Shown here: one piece after another, positions 31,801-40,347 of the stretch
How the letters are laid out: every line of letters starts with the position of its first letter
Position numbering within the stretch: the stretch's first letter is position 1
IMG/VR virus record: IMGVR_UViG_3300022226_000003
Coordinates: 13,535-77,534 of that record
Direction: 5' to 3' (one strand)
Source of the DNA: a virus
Length of the DNA: 64,000 bases
Position numbers and translations under genes: made by a program
The notes under the pieces: generated by a model
The model's database searches: none
The model's input: the letters and a program-made list of their open reading frames with translations, nothing else
What the model was told of the DNA's origin: nothing

Positions 31801-33936
31801 GAGAATCTCCCTGACGGCATAGGCGCTGTTTATGAGACATCGGCCACGCTATCTAGAATGGGTAATTATGGACTCAATACTAACATACCTTCTTGGGCAA
31901 CTCCTAAACTGTCTAATGCAACGGGTGCTCAAAGAATAACTTTAAGATTATATCAATGGTCCAGTACCGCTCCACCCATAGCTGCCGGTGCTGAGTCTGT
32001 ATATAATTGGCTAGATGGTAGTCACGGCACCCCCAGTAATTTAGGTAGTTGGTCGTTTATTTTATTGACCAACCCCGGAACTGCCGGCGTCAAATTGTGG
32101 GTAGCTGAAAGAACTTTGGAAGCAGAAGCCACAGCATCAACCTCCTTAGTTGATTGGGGTGATGGTAATACTGATGTTTATACAACTGATGCAGGTAGTG
32201 TCCCCGGTGGTAAAAGTAAGACAGTTGATATTTACCACTGGGCACTGACCATCCCTTCAGCACCTGTTCAAAATAGTACGTATACTTGGGAAACAGACTT
32301 ATTAAGCAATATTCCTAACAGCCCTCAGGTATGGTTCGATGAACCTTCGGTTGCTCCGACTCCCGGATTTACCTTATGGAAAATTGAAGCTAGATTGCAA
32401 GAAGAAATATCCGTTGCCACAACAACTGTCTTTTGGAGTAATTATAGTATACAGGCAGTGGGCTTTGCCGGTGACTCAGGTACGGCAGGTGGTGCGGGCA
32501 GTTCAGGAGCTAGCGCCAGGAGAGCTTATGGTGTTCAGTTGGCTAGCTATACCCCTATCAATGTTGGTGTGAACTTCATCGCTACAGGTGATGCATTACC
32601 TGACAGCGATTTGAATCAAACAGGTTCTCCTGACTTTGAATGGGGCGGTACATGGGCATGGCAACAAACAGCCAATTTCACGCTCTTGAATGGCGAAGCA
32701 ATATTTCAATCAGATGGTCTATTTGATGCTACCGCCAATCAAACTGTCTGGCAAGCACCTTACCTATCTACTTTGAAAGTCGGCAGTCTCTCGGCTATTT
32801 CCACTAACACAGGTTCATTATCTGTTACGGGGGATATCTTGGTCGGTTCAGGAGGTACCATAACTTCTCAGAATGTAGCATTCCCGATAGGTGCAGGGGA
32901 TGACGGATTTGGCTTGAATGAGAATGGTGAATTCTTTGTAGGTGATTTTACTGATAATAAATTCATATATTTCGACGGTGCTGATTTAACTATTAAGACA
33001 CCTACTCTAGAAATTTTGACCGGCAGTGCTTTATTCTCAGGTGATGTCGGAATTACTAGTCAAACTTTTGGTCAATCAGGTATACAGCTGCAAGATAACG
33101 GCGGTGCTCCCAGAGCATATATTGGTGACGGTGTAAATAACTTCTTTAAATATACCAGCACCGATGGCATTCAATTAGGTCCTGATACGCAAATTGAGGG
33201 TGCCAATACAATAAGTCGTAAGTCTCCTTGGTATTTCTCCACAGACTGTACTAACTTTGATGGTTGGACGAATAACTTATCAGGTACCCAAGGGCTACTT
33301 GTGGAATATGCCACGAGAGCTATTGTAAACAATTCTTGGCAATATCGCTTGAGAACGGGTTTTACGGGGCAGTATGCCTTCAGAAGAGATGTCTACCAAA
33401 AAGGCTTTTTCACAGGTGGTATCGGTATTGGAGAATATAACGACTGGAATCTACCCAGAAAATTTTATTGTGGTATAATCATGGGTAGAGGTTGGCGTAA
33501 CACTAATGCAACTATATTCTTGGAAATTGGGTTCGGTAATTTATATTGCGGTCCCTTCTCAAGTCCTGGAATAGTGGATGGCGTTAGTTTCGTAATAAAC
33601 TTTAATGTTGATAATACAACAACACAGCAAATCGGAAAAATAGTCAGGTCGGGTGTTTCCACTACAACAGCGCAAATATTCCCCGGCGGTCTCTTCAATC
33701 TTACAGAATATTCATTAGTAGATTTATTTATAGACTATGACCCTGTTCAAGGTTTCTGTGACTTTTATGTCAATGACCAAGTTGAAAGAATTTTATTAAC
33801 AGGTGCCAATATACCTAATCAAGATGACAGTCAGTTTAAAATGGGAAGTATCAGCATGTATGCTACTGATGATGTGCTTGTTTCTGACCTTGTGTCTGTC
33901 TATGTCCACAAAGTTGGAATGTGGATAAAACGATGA
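28852..33936 (+). CDS. Central tail fibre / host-specificity (J-like) protein
   Basis: LPLVYG, NNPAYCLLDYL, LEPGDLI motifs; FnIII-like region; LKVGSLSAIS linker; distinct C-terminal domain. Confidence 0.85.
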   Translation: MSVIAAIVVGAAIVTNVGIVAALLTAASIKYQQRQQEKLRDKLAKAADEAKGFQLATEGEVVNLPLVYGRARIGGNRVYHKVSSSYNYAAAAAGGVELLSSGDTNELNTISNSETVNSFNILLYYYATNYNRQTKAFEWNVSAGYYVDNPLASQSNSAYSGGGEHRLTAFPFTPVGPLTRSGPDSNIYNITLAAGLNTFAKVGARVKINHAPMLTYTAWLLQQDNEAIATSPATFNYKIQSYDNVTGATVLTADVDGASGTGAPSLNANVAGTKNEFLYVAQTICLAGIERIYSAFVNDKDHRHPDFGRSMRIHAYRDGNIADPLFVANDTLGNTSLFPEAAYSFQAFRLNRDDPQYGGAVPNVEFIIEGMRVFTINNVSEVYSLSGSKTYTNNPAYCLLDYLLSSKYGLGLSVADINLKSFWQAAQAYEVIVEVNGNTNIPLNGKLWEAKGSPRNLKRYECNLIIDTSKTVRENIVEILNTIPNSSFIWSDGQYKLIDRYPIEWVAGTYNPGTIVQYDTGTNIDLWRCLTTTTDVPTDASPNWERGPDENLVAAYITDDDIILQGDIGTAWPSLASRYNHCEISYINESDDFEQGTVDWPPIYSGTVYSTYLAEDNGIELHTTQDAVGATTEFHARAFAEEIVRKSRHRNTLRFTVGKALLYLEPGDLIHISSAELQIPYELYKIEELEVTDDNNIQLVLEKYDARILAWNAPDDEVVVPRNVYIGPIQQITGLTYTPASIFERLGSAGTLTWDPILLNNLQAYDVYYYPGSINEASTETAWIYAGSTTENKFRLPPLAYVESGSTYIATVVPRTVGGRIAPREDWAMGSFWPVIEFGVTAIPSLENAVIKLQIYVYAKTDRVGEVINDSGSYDFSIASFTPPVGFYASPAEALLGSGDVDNPGDLYFAESLTILDGGLTLAEPLSWSNLELFAPERNTIDITVYHRRLSAGAVPTVPTGGSYNFTTRAIVVPTGNVTWYTKENLPDGIGAVYETSATLSRMGNYGLNTNIPSWATPKLSNATGAQRITLRLYQWSSTAPPIAAGAESVYNWLDGSHGTPSNLGSWSFILLTNPGTAGVKLWVAERTLEAEATASTSLVDWGDGNTDVYTTDAGSVPGGKSKTVDIYHWALTIPSAPVQNSTYTWETDLLSNIPNSPQVWFDEPSVAPTPGFTLWKIEARLQEEISVATTTVFWSNYSIQAVGFAGDSGTAGGAGSSGASARRAYGVQLASYTPINVGVNFIATGDALPDSDLNQTGSPDFEWGGTWAWQQTANFTLLNGEAIFQSDGLFDATANQTVWQAPYLSTLKVGSLSAISTNTGSLSVTGDILVGSGGTITSQNVAFPIGAGDDGFGLNENGEFFVGDFTDNKFIYFDGADLTIKTPTLEILTGSALFSGDVGITSQTFGQSGIQLQDNGGAPRAYIGDGVNNFFKYTSTDGIQLGPDTQIEGANTISRKSPWYFSTDCTNFDGWTNNLSGTQGLLVEYATRAIVNNSWQYRLRTGFTGQYAFRRDVYQKGFFTGGIGIGEYNDWNLPRKFYCGIIMGRGWRNTNATIFLEIGFGNLYCGPFSSPGIVDGVSFVINFNVDNTTTQQIGKIVRSGVSTTTAQIFPGGLFNLTEYSLVDLFIDYDPVQGFCDFYVNDQVERILLTGANIPNQDDSQFKMGSISMYATDDVLVSDLVSVYVHKVGMWIKR

Positions 33937-34475
33937 AACTGAGCGAACGAAAAAGACATTGCGATAATAATTTAATTCTAAGAAAATTAAATAATATACA
34001 GTTGTCCATGAAAGAGCGAATAGAAAAATTGGAAGAGTACCTGAAGACTTTCCCTCAAGTGGAAGTTCCTCTGGAAGAGTCTTTCGGCTATAATCTTTAT
34101 GTAAGAGAAATCATGATGCCTGCGGGTTCATTCGTGATAGGAGCAATTCATAAATATAAGCATTTAAGTATAATGTTAGATGGTGAGTTGGTGATGTGGA
34201 CAGAGTTTGACGGACTCATTCACTTAAAAGGATTTAATAAAGTCCTTGCAGAACCGGGAATTAAAAGAGTTGGGTACGTATTGCAAGATACGCGATGGCT
34301 CACTGCACATGGTATGGATGCATCAATGGAAATTGGAGATATGGTCCCTTGTTTGACCGTAACGACATATGCTGAGTATACCAAGTTTAAGAACGATGAA
34401 ATGTCACTGATAGACCTAGACGATACTTTGAAGGTTCCCAAGTTCGCCCTGGCCCGAAGTGACCTCCAGATCTGA
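33933..34475 (+). CDS. Cupin-like protein
   Basis: REIMMPAGSFVIGAIHKYKH cupin pattern; ATGA overlap. Confidence 0.6.
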   Translation: MKLSERKRHCDNNLILRKLNNIQLSMKERIEKLEEYLKTFPQVEVPLEESFGYNLYVREIMMPAGSFVIGAIHKYKHLSIMLDGELVMWTEFDGLIHLKGFNKVLAEPGIKRVGYVLQDTRWLTAHGMDASMEIGDMVPCLTVTTYAEYTKFKNDEMSLIDLDDTLKVPKFALARSDLQI

Positions 34476-34482
34476 CGTCTCT

Positions 34483-34623
34483 GCAAAAATTTCGGGGTGA
34501 GCATTATGATGGTGTGCCCGAAAAAATCGCCCCGGAGACGGCAAATGTGGAGCACTCTGTGAGGGGTCAAAAAAACCCCTTTTAAATCAACCACTTACGG
34601 CAACCCCGTTATATTAACCCTTG
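34483..34623 (+). repeat. GC-rich degenerate element ending in motif A copy 2
   Basis: Shares ordered blocks with 55767-55882. Confidence 0.65.
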
Positions 34624-34649
34624 CATTTCTTTTCGAGATAGGTTATAAT
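34621..34649 (+). promoter_or_regulatory. Sigma70-type promoter TTGCAT-N17-TATAAT
   Basis: Perfect -10, 17-nt spacer, at the start of the early region. Confidence 0.75.
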
Positions 34650-34768
34650 AGATCTCATGATAAGAATGTGAGAGACCAATGAGGAAGCAGGTAATACACA
34701 ACTATGAAATATATTTCATAGTAGCGGCCCTCGTTAATTCGGGGGCCTTAAAATTGAAAGGAAATATT

Positions 34769-35023
34769 GTGAATTTTGCAAATGCTTCTGAAGTTGAAAA
34801 GTCTTTTAAACAGTTAGATAAGATTAACTATCTTATTATCAGGGTCATTAAGAGATTGACGAATCGGCACTATGTTCTTATTACAGACATTGAAAAGAAT
34901 ATTAAGATTGAAATTGATTCTTTTTCAAATTATAATCAAATAGCCAATCGATACAACTATTGCAAGGCTTACTTAAAATTATGTGAAGAAGACTTGATTC
35001 GGAGAGGAAAACGCAAGAAATAA
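34769..35023 (+). CDS. Early hypothetical protein
   Basis: AAAGGA RBS before in-frame GTG 34769 (track start 34679 also possible). Confidence 0.55.
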   Translation: MNFANASEVEKSFKQLDKINYLIIRVIKRLTNRHYVLITDIEKNIKIEIDSFSNYNQIANRYNYCKAYLKLCEEDLIRRGKRKK

Positions 35024-35056
35024 ATTGCGGGAAAATAGGTATCTTATATGAAAGAA
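35018..35056 (+). promoter_or_regulatory. Motif B copy 1, candidate early phage promoter
   Basis: 35/39 identical to 35558-35596. Confidence 0.6.
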
Positions 35057-35116
35057 ATGAAGATATGATTATTTCTTTTTGCGAAATACACTATCAACCC
35101 AAAAGGGAAACTTGTT

Positions 35117-35194
35117 ATGATTATCGGAATTTACCAACTGAATAGTCGTACTTATGCCGTTTACGCAGACGGTACCGTGAAGTTTTTGAATTAA
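35117..35194 (+). CDS. 25-aa small protein MIIGIYQLNSRTYAVYADGTVKFLN
   Basis: AAGGGA RBS; downstream of motif B. Confidence 0.5.
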   Translation: MIIGIYQLNSRTYAVYADGTVKFLN

Positions 35195-35210
35195 CCAGGC
35201 GGAGGAGCAC

Positions 35211-35228
35211 GTTGACAAGGATGTCAAT
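35211..35228 (+). promoter_or_regulatory. CsrA/RsmA-type hairpin TTGAC-AAGGAT-GTCAA
   Basis: ACAAGGATGT with GGA in the loop, upstream of ORF 35252. Confidence 0.55.
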
Positions 35229-35251
35229 ACCAATTTTACAGGAGATTAAAA

Positions 35252-35557
35252 GTGAATATTTATGAGTGGTTAATTGAGTATATTAACCGGAACAGTAAAA
35301 CACATATAGCACGCACTTGGTGGCATGGCGATAATACTTTTATCCAGATCAACCCCAAACCAGAATCTGAAAATGCAGCAAAGCATTGTATACATAGAAA
35401 TACTACTATGAAAGATATTGTATATATCTTTAGTGATATTGGCATTTCTGAGATGTCCCGCGAGGATTTACGAAAGATAATGATCAACGAAGAGAACCAT
35501 GATAAGTTTGAAGGAGATATTATGGACTCGATTGACCCCAGCTGGGGAGATTTCTAA
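35252..35557 (+). CDS. Early hypothetical protein
   Basis: AGGAG RBS, GTG start. Confidence 0.65.
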   Translation: MNIYEWLIEYINRNSKTHIARTWWHGDNTFIQINPKPESENAAKHCIHRNTTMKDIVYIFSDIGISEMSREDLRKIMINEENHDKFEGDIMDSIDPSWGDF

Positions 35558-35596
35558 AAATAAATTGCGGAAAAAGCAGTATCTTATATGAAAGAA
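35558..35596 (+). promoter_or_regulatory. Motif B copy 2
   Basis: AAATAAATTGCGG-aAAAAgca-GTATCTTATATGAAAGAA. Confidence 0.6.
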
Positions 35597-35634
35597 GTAA
35601 TTAAACTTAATATTAACTCAACGGAGATTTTAAA

Positions 35635-35754
35635 ATGTTAAATACAATACTTACGGTAATCGCAGTAGTTTTCGCAATGCGGGTATTAGTTGTAGCAGTT
35701 GCGACAATTGTTTACTTTTCACGAAAAGTTTTTCTTAAGGTCAGTACGAAATGA
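35635..35754 (+). CDS. 39-aa membrane peptide
   Basis: GGAG RBS; one hydrophobic helix followed by a basic tail. Confidence 0.6.
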   Translation: MLNTILTVIAVVFAMRVLVVAVATIVYFSRKVFLKVSTK

Positions 35755-35921
35755 TTATCAGCATTGTAGCCTTGATATTGGCGGTCATAAGTTTGATTTT
35801 TTCATTTGTGATCATTCCTGCAATTCTCGTGTCATTGCTAAAAATTCTTCTTACGTCAGCTATTGTAATAGTTATTATCGTAGCTGTGTTTAAAACTTTA
35901 AGAAGGAGGAACCTGGTATGA
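35751..35921 (+). CDS. 56-aa membrane protein, about 2 TM helices
   Basis: ATGA overlaps at both ends; MIISIVALILAVISLIFSFVIIPAILV...KTLRRR. Confidence 0.6.
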   Translation: MIISIVALILAVISLIFSFVIIPAILVSLLKILLTSAIVIVIIVAVFKTLRRRNLV

Positions 35922-36037
35922 AAAGTTTTCTGAAAAAAGCTGCTGTACTTATTATGGCGATAATTCTCTATTTCCCGTTAATTACTGTGAAGTATATCTT
36001 CAGTAAACCTGGCTTTCTCAAAGCTAACGGAGAGTAG
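35918..36037 (+). CDS. 39-aa membrane peptide
   Basis: AGGAGG RBS; ATGA overlap. Confidence 0.6.
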   Translation: MKSFLKKAAVLIMAIILYFPLITVKYIFSKPGFLKANGE

Positions 36038-36039
36038 AG

Positions 36040-36348
36040 ATGTCAACTAATTACATTAGTATTTCTGGGTACTTTTGTATTTCCAAAGAATATCCAGAAT
36101 CCCTCGATAGAGCATTGCTTGACAGGGATATATTTAAAGAGAGTGTTAAAAGAGTCAATCCTGAAAATTTAGAGATAATGGAGAATTTTACAAAACTCTA
36201 TGGAAATTTCATTAATGCTATTGAAGTAGTAGGTGTAATAGATACATCTGAAGGGTCTCTAATCCCGTTCTTTATTGACAAAAAGAAACTGAAAAAACTG
36301 CAAGACATTATTGCTAAAACAAAACCTGCCGCTATAATGAACTTGTAG
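36040..36348 (+). CDS. Hypothetical protein
   Basis: GGAG RBS; followed by a hairpin. Confidence 0.6.
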   Translation: MSTNYISISGYFCISKEYPESLDRALLDRDIFKESVKRVNPENLEIMENFTKLYGNFINAIEVVGVIDTSEGSLIPFFIDKKKLKKLQDIIAKTKPAAIMNL

Positions 36349-36349
36349 C

Positions 36350-36409
36350 GGTCCCCCTCTGAGAGTCTCTTAATTGAGATTTTCAGAGGGGCCTACTCGT
36401 TTATTTTTT
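36350..36409 (+). terminator. Long hairpin with TTAATT loop and downstream T tract
   Basis: CCCTCTGAGAGTCTC / GAGATTTTCAGAGGG, with two G-U pairs. Confidence 0.65.
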
Positions 36410-36420
36410 GTGGAGAGGTT

Positions 36421-36549
36421 ATGCTTTTAGAAACAAAGATAGCTAATTTTTTAATTATATTGGCGGTAGTTGCCCTGTTTTCTAAGCTCACTTTTGATGC
36501 TATAATTTTAGGTGCTATTGCAATATATCTTTATCAGAGACAGCTATGA
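36421..36549 (+). CDS. 42-aa membrane protein
   Basis: GGAGAGG RBS; two hydrophobic segments. Confidence 0.55.
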   Translation: MLLETKIANFLIILAVVALFSKLTFDAIILGAIAIYLYQRQL

Positions 36550-36618
36550 TCAAACTATTAATAGGACTGTATTTGCTTACTCTTATTCCCAAGATTTTTA
36601 AGAAATTAGAGAAAATAA

Positions 36619-38877
36619 ATGAAAAGAAAATTAATTGAGTCTTTGACACTAAGACTTAAAAAAGAAGTGGCTCCTCAGAACCCTATTAAGTATTTGAAGA
36701 ATTACGACGTTGAGCAATATATTGATATTGTAATTTCTGTTATGTATTTATACACAAGACCAAAGAAAAACAATATTGTTCCTATTTTAGTTACTGAAGT
36801 AATAACTGCAATAGGGCATAGAGTTCGGAGTGAATTGAAACAAAAAAGAGATTCTGCCCTGGCTGCTAAGACCGGGGCCTTTATATTATACTCATTTGAA
36901 CTGCTTGATATTACATATATTAAACTAGCACCGGGACGAAGAGGGCACGCAACTTACATACTAGAGGTAATAAATGATAACGTTATTTGCGAACTTTGGC
37001 AAAATCTAGGCGCTAAAGATATTGAAAAAGTGCCCTCATTGTATCCCTATTTACCCTGGAAAGGTACCAGACATGCCACCGGATTGACTATGGTAAAAAC
37101 GCAAAATAAAGAGGTTCTAGAAAAGATAAAACCAGAGACACACGGTATGCTATTCGATTGTTTAAATAGAGCTCAACAAGTAGGTTGGAGAATAAATGAT
37201 GAAATATATAAATTACATCTATGGGCTTTACGAAATAAAACAGACGCTTTTGCGGATATTTGGGAGCAACATGACCCAGAAGCTAAAGCCACAAAGCTCA
37301 GAGAGGCAAGAGCTGTTGGAGATATTGCTCGTAAATTTATTGGGAAAACCTTCTACCATCTCTATTACTACGATTTCAGAGGTCGTAAGTACGCTGCAAC
37401 AGCATATCTGCATGAGCAGGGGGCTGACTTGGCACGTGGACTTCTGTTACGAGACGATAAAAAAGCAATTGGTGTTAAAGGTTATTTCTGGCTCTTAGTG
37501 AGTATTGCTTCAAATTGGGCAGGAGAAGCCGGTAGAGAAGATAGTTTAAAGACTGATAAAATACCTTTACAAGAACGTTACCAGTGGTCTTTAGATAATG
37601 AAGAGATTTTATTATCATATGCAAAAGCTCCTAAAGTTAATCAAGGTTGGATGCAAGCGGATAAACCATGGCAATTCCTCGCTGGCTGTTTTGAATTAGA
37701 AAAATTTAGAGATTATCAATTAAAATTAGAAGAAAAATTAAACGGTTTGCATTGCAGTGAGGAAATGTGGTATGGATATGAATCTCATCTTGAGTGTTTT
37801 ATTGACGGGAGTAATAATGGGAGTCAGCATCTTGCTGCGCTCACCCGAGACGAAATTACAGCGCCTCATGTTAATCTTGTACCTCTGGACTACCCCGGCG
37901 ATTTATACAATTATGTGGCTGAGAATGTATGGGAAGCCCTAGGTAAGCAGGTTGAGATGTTTTCTATTGATGAAATAAAAGACTGTGAAGAGTTTATTGA
38001 CAATCTCGTCAAAATAAAGAAAAAGATAAACAAAGCACCCACAAGTGAAATCAAAGCAAAATACATAAATGAAATTCAAGAATTAAAATACAATAACCTT
38101 GAACTGATGACAATGGCTGCACCAATATATTGGTTCAGAATTACGGATGCAAAAGAACGAAGGAAAATAGTTAAAAGAAATACAATGACGTTGCCTTATG
38201 GAGGAACACCCTACGGGCTGGGCCAGCAGATAATCGATGATGCTAAAAAACATGGTATTGAGCAATTGTTATATATGGAACATAAATGGGGTGCTTTCTT
38301 GGGTAGAGAAATATTTGAGAACTGTAAAATATCTCTTACGCGACTTATGAAGCTCTTACTCATATTTGAAGCTGCTGGAAGGCAAGCTGAATTGGAAGGT
38401 AGATTTCTGAGTTGGACGGTCCCTTTAACAAACTTCCCTGTTGTTCAACATTACACTGAAGGGATCGTAAAGCGGGTGTATGTCCAATATGGACCACCCT
38501 CTGGACAAAGGACTACTACGGGATATTTCAAAAATACTCTGCAACTACACGTATGTTTCCTTGAAGAAACGGTGCCTTCAAAAAGAAAGCAATCGCAAGG
38601 TGCTTCGCCTAATGCTATCCACAGCCTGGATGCGGCGCATTTGACATTAACGGTATGTAAAGCAAATTTTCCTGTGACTACTGTCCATGATTCATTCGGA
38701 TGCTTACTCGCGGATATGCCTGATTTATTCAGGATTGTTAGAGAAACCTTTGTGGAATTACACGAAGTAAATCCCCTAAATTCAATTATGAAGGATATAC
38801 AAGGAGATATCTCAGAATTGGAAATGGGTAACTTAGATATTAATCTTATATTAGAATCGGAGTATTGTTTTTCATGA
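36619..38877 (+). CDS. T7-like single-subunit RNA polymerase (752 aa)
   Basis: DFRGRKY, IDGSNNGSQH (A), RKIVKRNTMTLPYG (B), PNAIHSLDA, VHDSF (C); C-terminal YCFS resembles T7 FAFA. Confidence 0.95.
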   Translation: MKRKLIESLTLRLKKEVAPQNPIKYLKNYDVEQYIDIVISVMYLYTRPKKNNIVPILVTEVITAIGHRVRSELKQKRDSALAAKTGAFILYSFELLDITYIKLAPGRRGHATYILEVINDNVICELWQNLGAKDIEKVPSLYPYLPWKGTRHATGLTMVKTQNKEVLEKIKPETHGMLFDCLNRAQQVGWRINDEIYKLHLWALRNKTDAFADIWEQHDPEAKATKLREARAVGDIARKFIGKTFYHLYYYDFRGRKYAATAYLHEQGADLARGLLLRDDKKAIGVKGYFWLLVSIASNWAGEAGREDSLKTDKIPLQERYQWSLDNEEILLSYAKAPKVNQGWMQADKPWQFLAGCFELEKFRDYQLKLEEKLNGLHCSEEMWYGYESHLECFIDGSNNGSQHLAALTRDEITAPHVNLVPLDYPGDLYNYVAENVWEALGKQVEMFSIDEIKDCEEFIDNLVKIKKKINKAPTSEIKAKYINEIQELKYNNLELMTMAAPIYWFRITDAKERRKIVKRNTMTLPYGGTPYGLGQQIIDDAKKHGIEQLLYMEHKWGAFLGREIFENCKISLTRLMKLLLIFEAAGRQAELEGRFLSWTVPLTNFPVVQHYTEGIVKRVYVQYGPPSGQRTTTGYFKNTLQLHVCFLEETVPSKRKQSQGASPNAIHSLDAAHLTLTVCKANFPVTTVHDSFGCLLADMPDLFRIVRETFVELHEVNPLNSIMKDIQGDISELEMGNLDINLILESEYCFS

Positions 38878-39422
38878 AAAAATTATCAAATGTTGAAGAT
38901 GTGGAATTGCTGGTCACAGATTCAAAACTGAAGAATTGGATCTATGGTATGAACGATCAACTTGCAGAGGATCTTGACGAAGATGATGCGCAAGAGTTTG
39001 TTGTGTACTTCGGAGGTGACATTTTCTTAGTTGAAAATGAGCAAGATCTTAAAGAAATCGATTTACCGTATGATGGTTCGAATGTTGATAGGAATATAAC
39101 TGAAGGGGCCGCAGTATTTGATATTGCTGAATGGATCCTAGGAGGTATGTATGCGCAGCTAATGCTGATCACAAATAATGGTGGTGGTAATACATATGTA
39201 ATCCCGAGAGTAGTTGCCGGTAAATCAGAGAATGTCATTGAAAGTATGAAGATGACTCAAAAGAGCTATGAGAAGGAAACTGAGAATCTTTATGGCGATC
39301 CACAAAAAGAAAAGCTAGAAGAGGATGCAAAAGATATTGAACAAGAGATGAAATCAAGTTTAAAAGAGTATGATGACCCGATGTCAGATGAAATGGAATT
39401 GGGGCCAGAAGATAAACTTTAG
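38874..39422 (+). CDS. Acidic hypothetical protein
   Basis: ATGA overlap with the RNAP stop. Confidence 0.6.
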   Translation: MKKLSNVEDVELLVTDSKLKNWIYGMNDQLAEDLDEDDAQEFVVYFGGDIFLVENEQDLKEIDLPYDGSNVDRNITEGAAVFDIAEWILGGMYAQLMLITNNGGGNTYVIPRVVAGKSENVIESMKMTQKSYEKETENLYGDPQKEKLEEDAKDIEQEMKSSLKEYDDPMSDEMELGPEDKL

Positions 39423-39431
39423 GGGATAAAA

Positions 39432-39635
39432 GTGATATTAATTACTAAAGTAGACCCGTTTACCGGAAAGACTAATCAGCGGTTGATAGATATAACCCGC
39501 GAACAGTTAGAACAATATGAAAAGGGTGGTAAGTGCATACAAGATGCGTTCCCGCATTTAACGCCCGATGAGCGCGAATTTATCATGACGGGTATTACAC
39601 CCGATTCATGGAATGCAGCATTTAATAAAACTTAA
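39432..39635 (+). CDS. Small phage protein (IQDAFPHLTPDEREFIMTG type)
   Basis: AGGGG RBS, GTG start. Confidence 0.65.
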   Translation: MILITKVDPFTGKTNQRLIDITREQLEQYEKGGKCIQDAFPHLTPDEREFIMTGITPDSWNAAFNKT

Positions 39636-39655
39636 TATTATAAGTAGGGGATAAA

Positions 39656-40258
39656 ATGATAATCAAAAATTGTGAAATCTGGTTCGCCAAAGTAGACCCC
39701 AAGAGGCCCAACCCGAAGTTTGATCCAAAGAATCCCACATGGGAAGTCCAGATGAGAACCAGTGATAAAGCAGTTTTGAAATACTGGAAAGAATGTGATT
39801 TGAAAGAACCTAAGGCCGTGATACCAGATGAAGGTGAGCCTTATTTCCGTATAAATCTGAAAAAGAAATCTATTCGAAAGGATGGTGATCCAGCTGATCC
39901 AGTGCAAGTTGTGAATATGCAACGAGAACCGGTGGACCCTAATTCCATCGGAAATGGCTCTATCGCAAATATCCGAGTATTTCAATATCCGTATCCCGAT
40001 AAAGCAACAGGTGAAGAAAGAATATCTTCTATCTTAATGGGAATACAACTTATCAAGCATATTGTTTGGATACCCAAGCCCGGTGAAGATTTCGAGGATG
40101 AGGGTGAAACTGAAGTCATTATGCCCGAAACTGATGAAGATGATGAAGCACCTTGGGAAGATGAGGAAGGTCCCGACGACGGCCCTAAAGAACCTAAGAA
40201 AACCCCGACACCCGCAATTAAAGTCGGTAGCAAGGATGACGTAGATCCTGAATTTTAA
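39656..40258 (+). CDS. ssDNA-binding protein, T7 gp2.5-like
   Basis: IGNGSIANI motif; acidic tail ending in Phe. Confidence 0.8.
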   Translation: MIIKNCEIWFAKVDPKRPNPKFDPKNPTWEVQMRTSDKAVLKYWKECDLKEPKAVIPDEGEPYFRINLKKKSIRKDGDPADPVQVVNMQREPVDPNSIGNGSIANIRVFQYPYPDKATGEERISSILMGIQLIKHIVWIPKPGEDFEDEGETEVIMPETDEDDEAPWEDEEGPDDGPKEPKKTPTPAIKVGSKDDVDPEF

Positions 40259-40265
40259 ATATTAA

Positions 40266-40340
40266 CCTATGGGAGCAACGCTACACGTAGATGTACTGCC
40301 AGTTATAAAAGTCTGGCCGTTGCCCCGCCTTATAAGTAGG
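40266..40340 (+). ncRNA. Candidate structured intergenic RNA (multi-stem)
   Basis: GCAACG/CGTTGC closing stem around a GCCAG/CTGGC hairpin. Confidence 0.4.
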
Positions 40341-40347
40341 ATAACCT

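Noticed and set aside
28852-34620. Diversity-generating retroelement or invertible tail-fibre system
   Set aside because: No reverse transcriptase, recombinase or template/variable repeat pair seen.
35699-35893. 64-aa + strand ORF from the track
   Set aside because: Overlaps better-supported, ATGA-coupled peptides in other frames.
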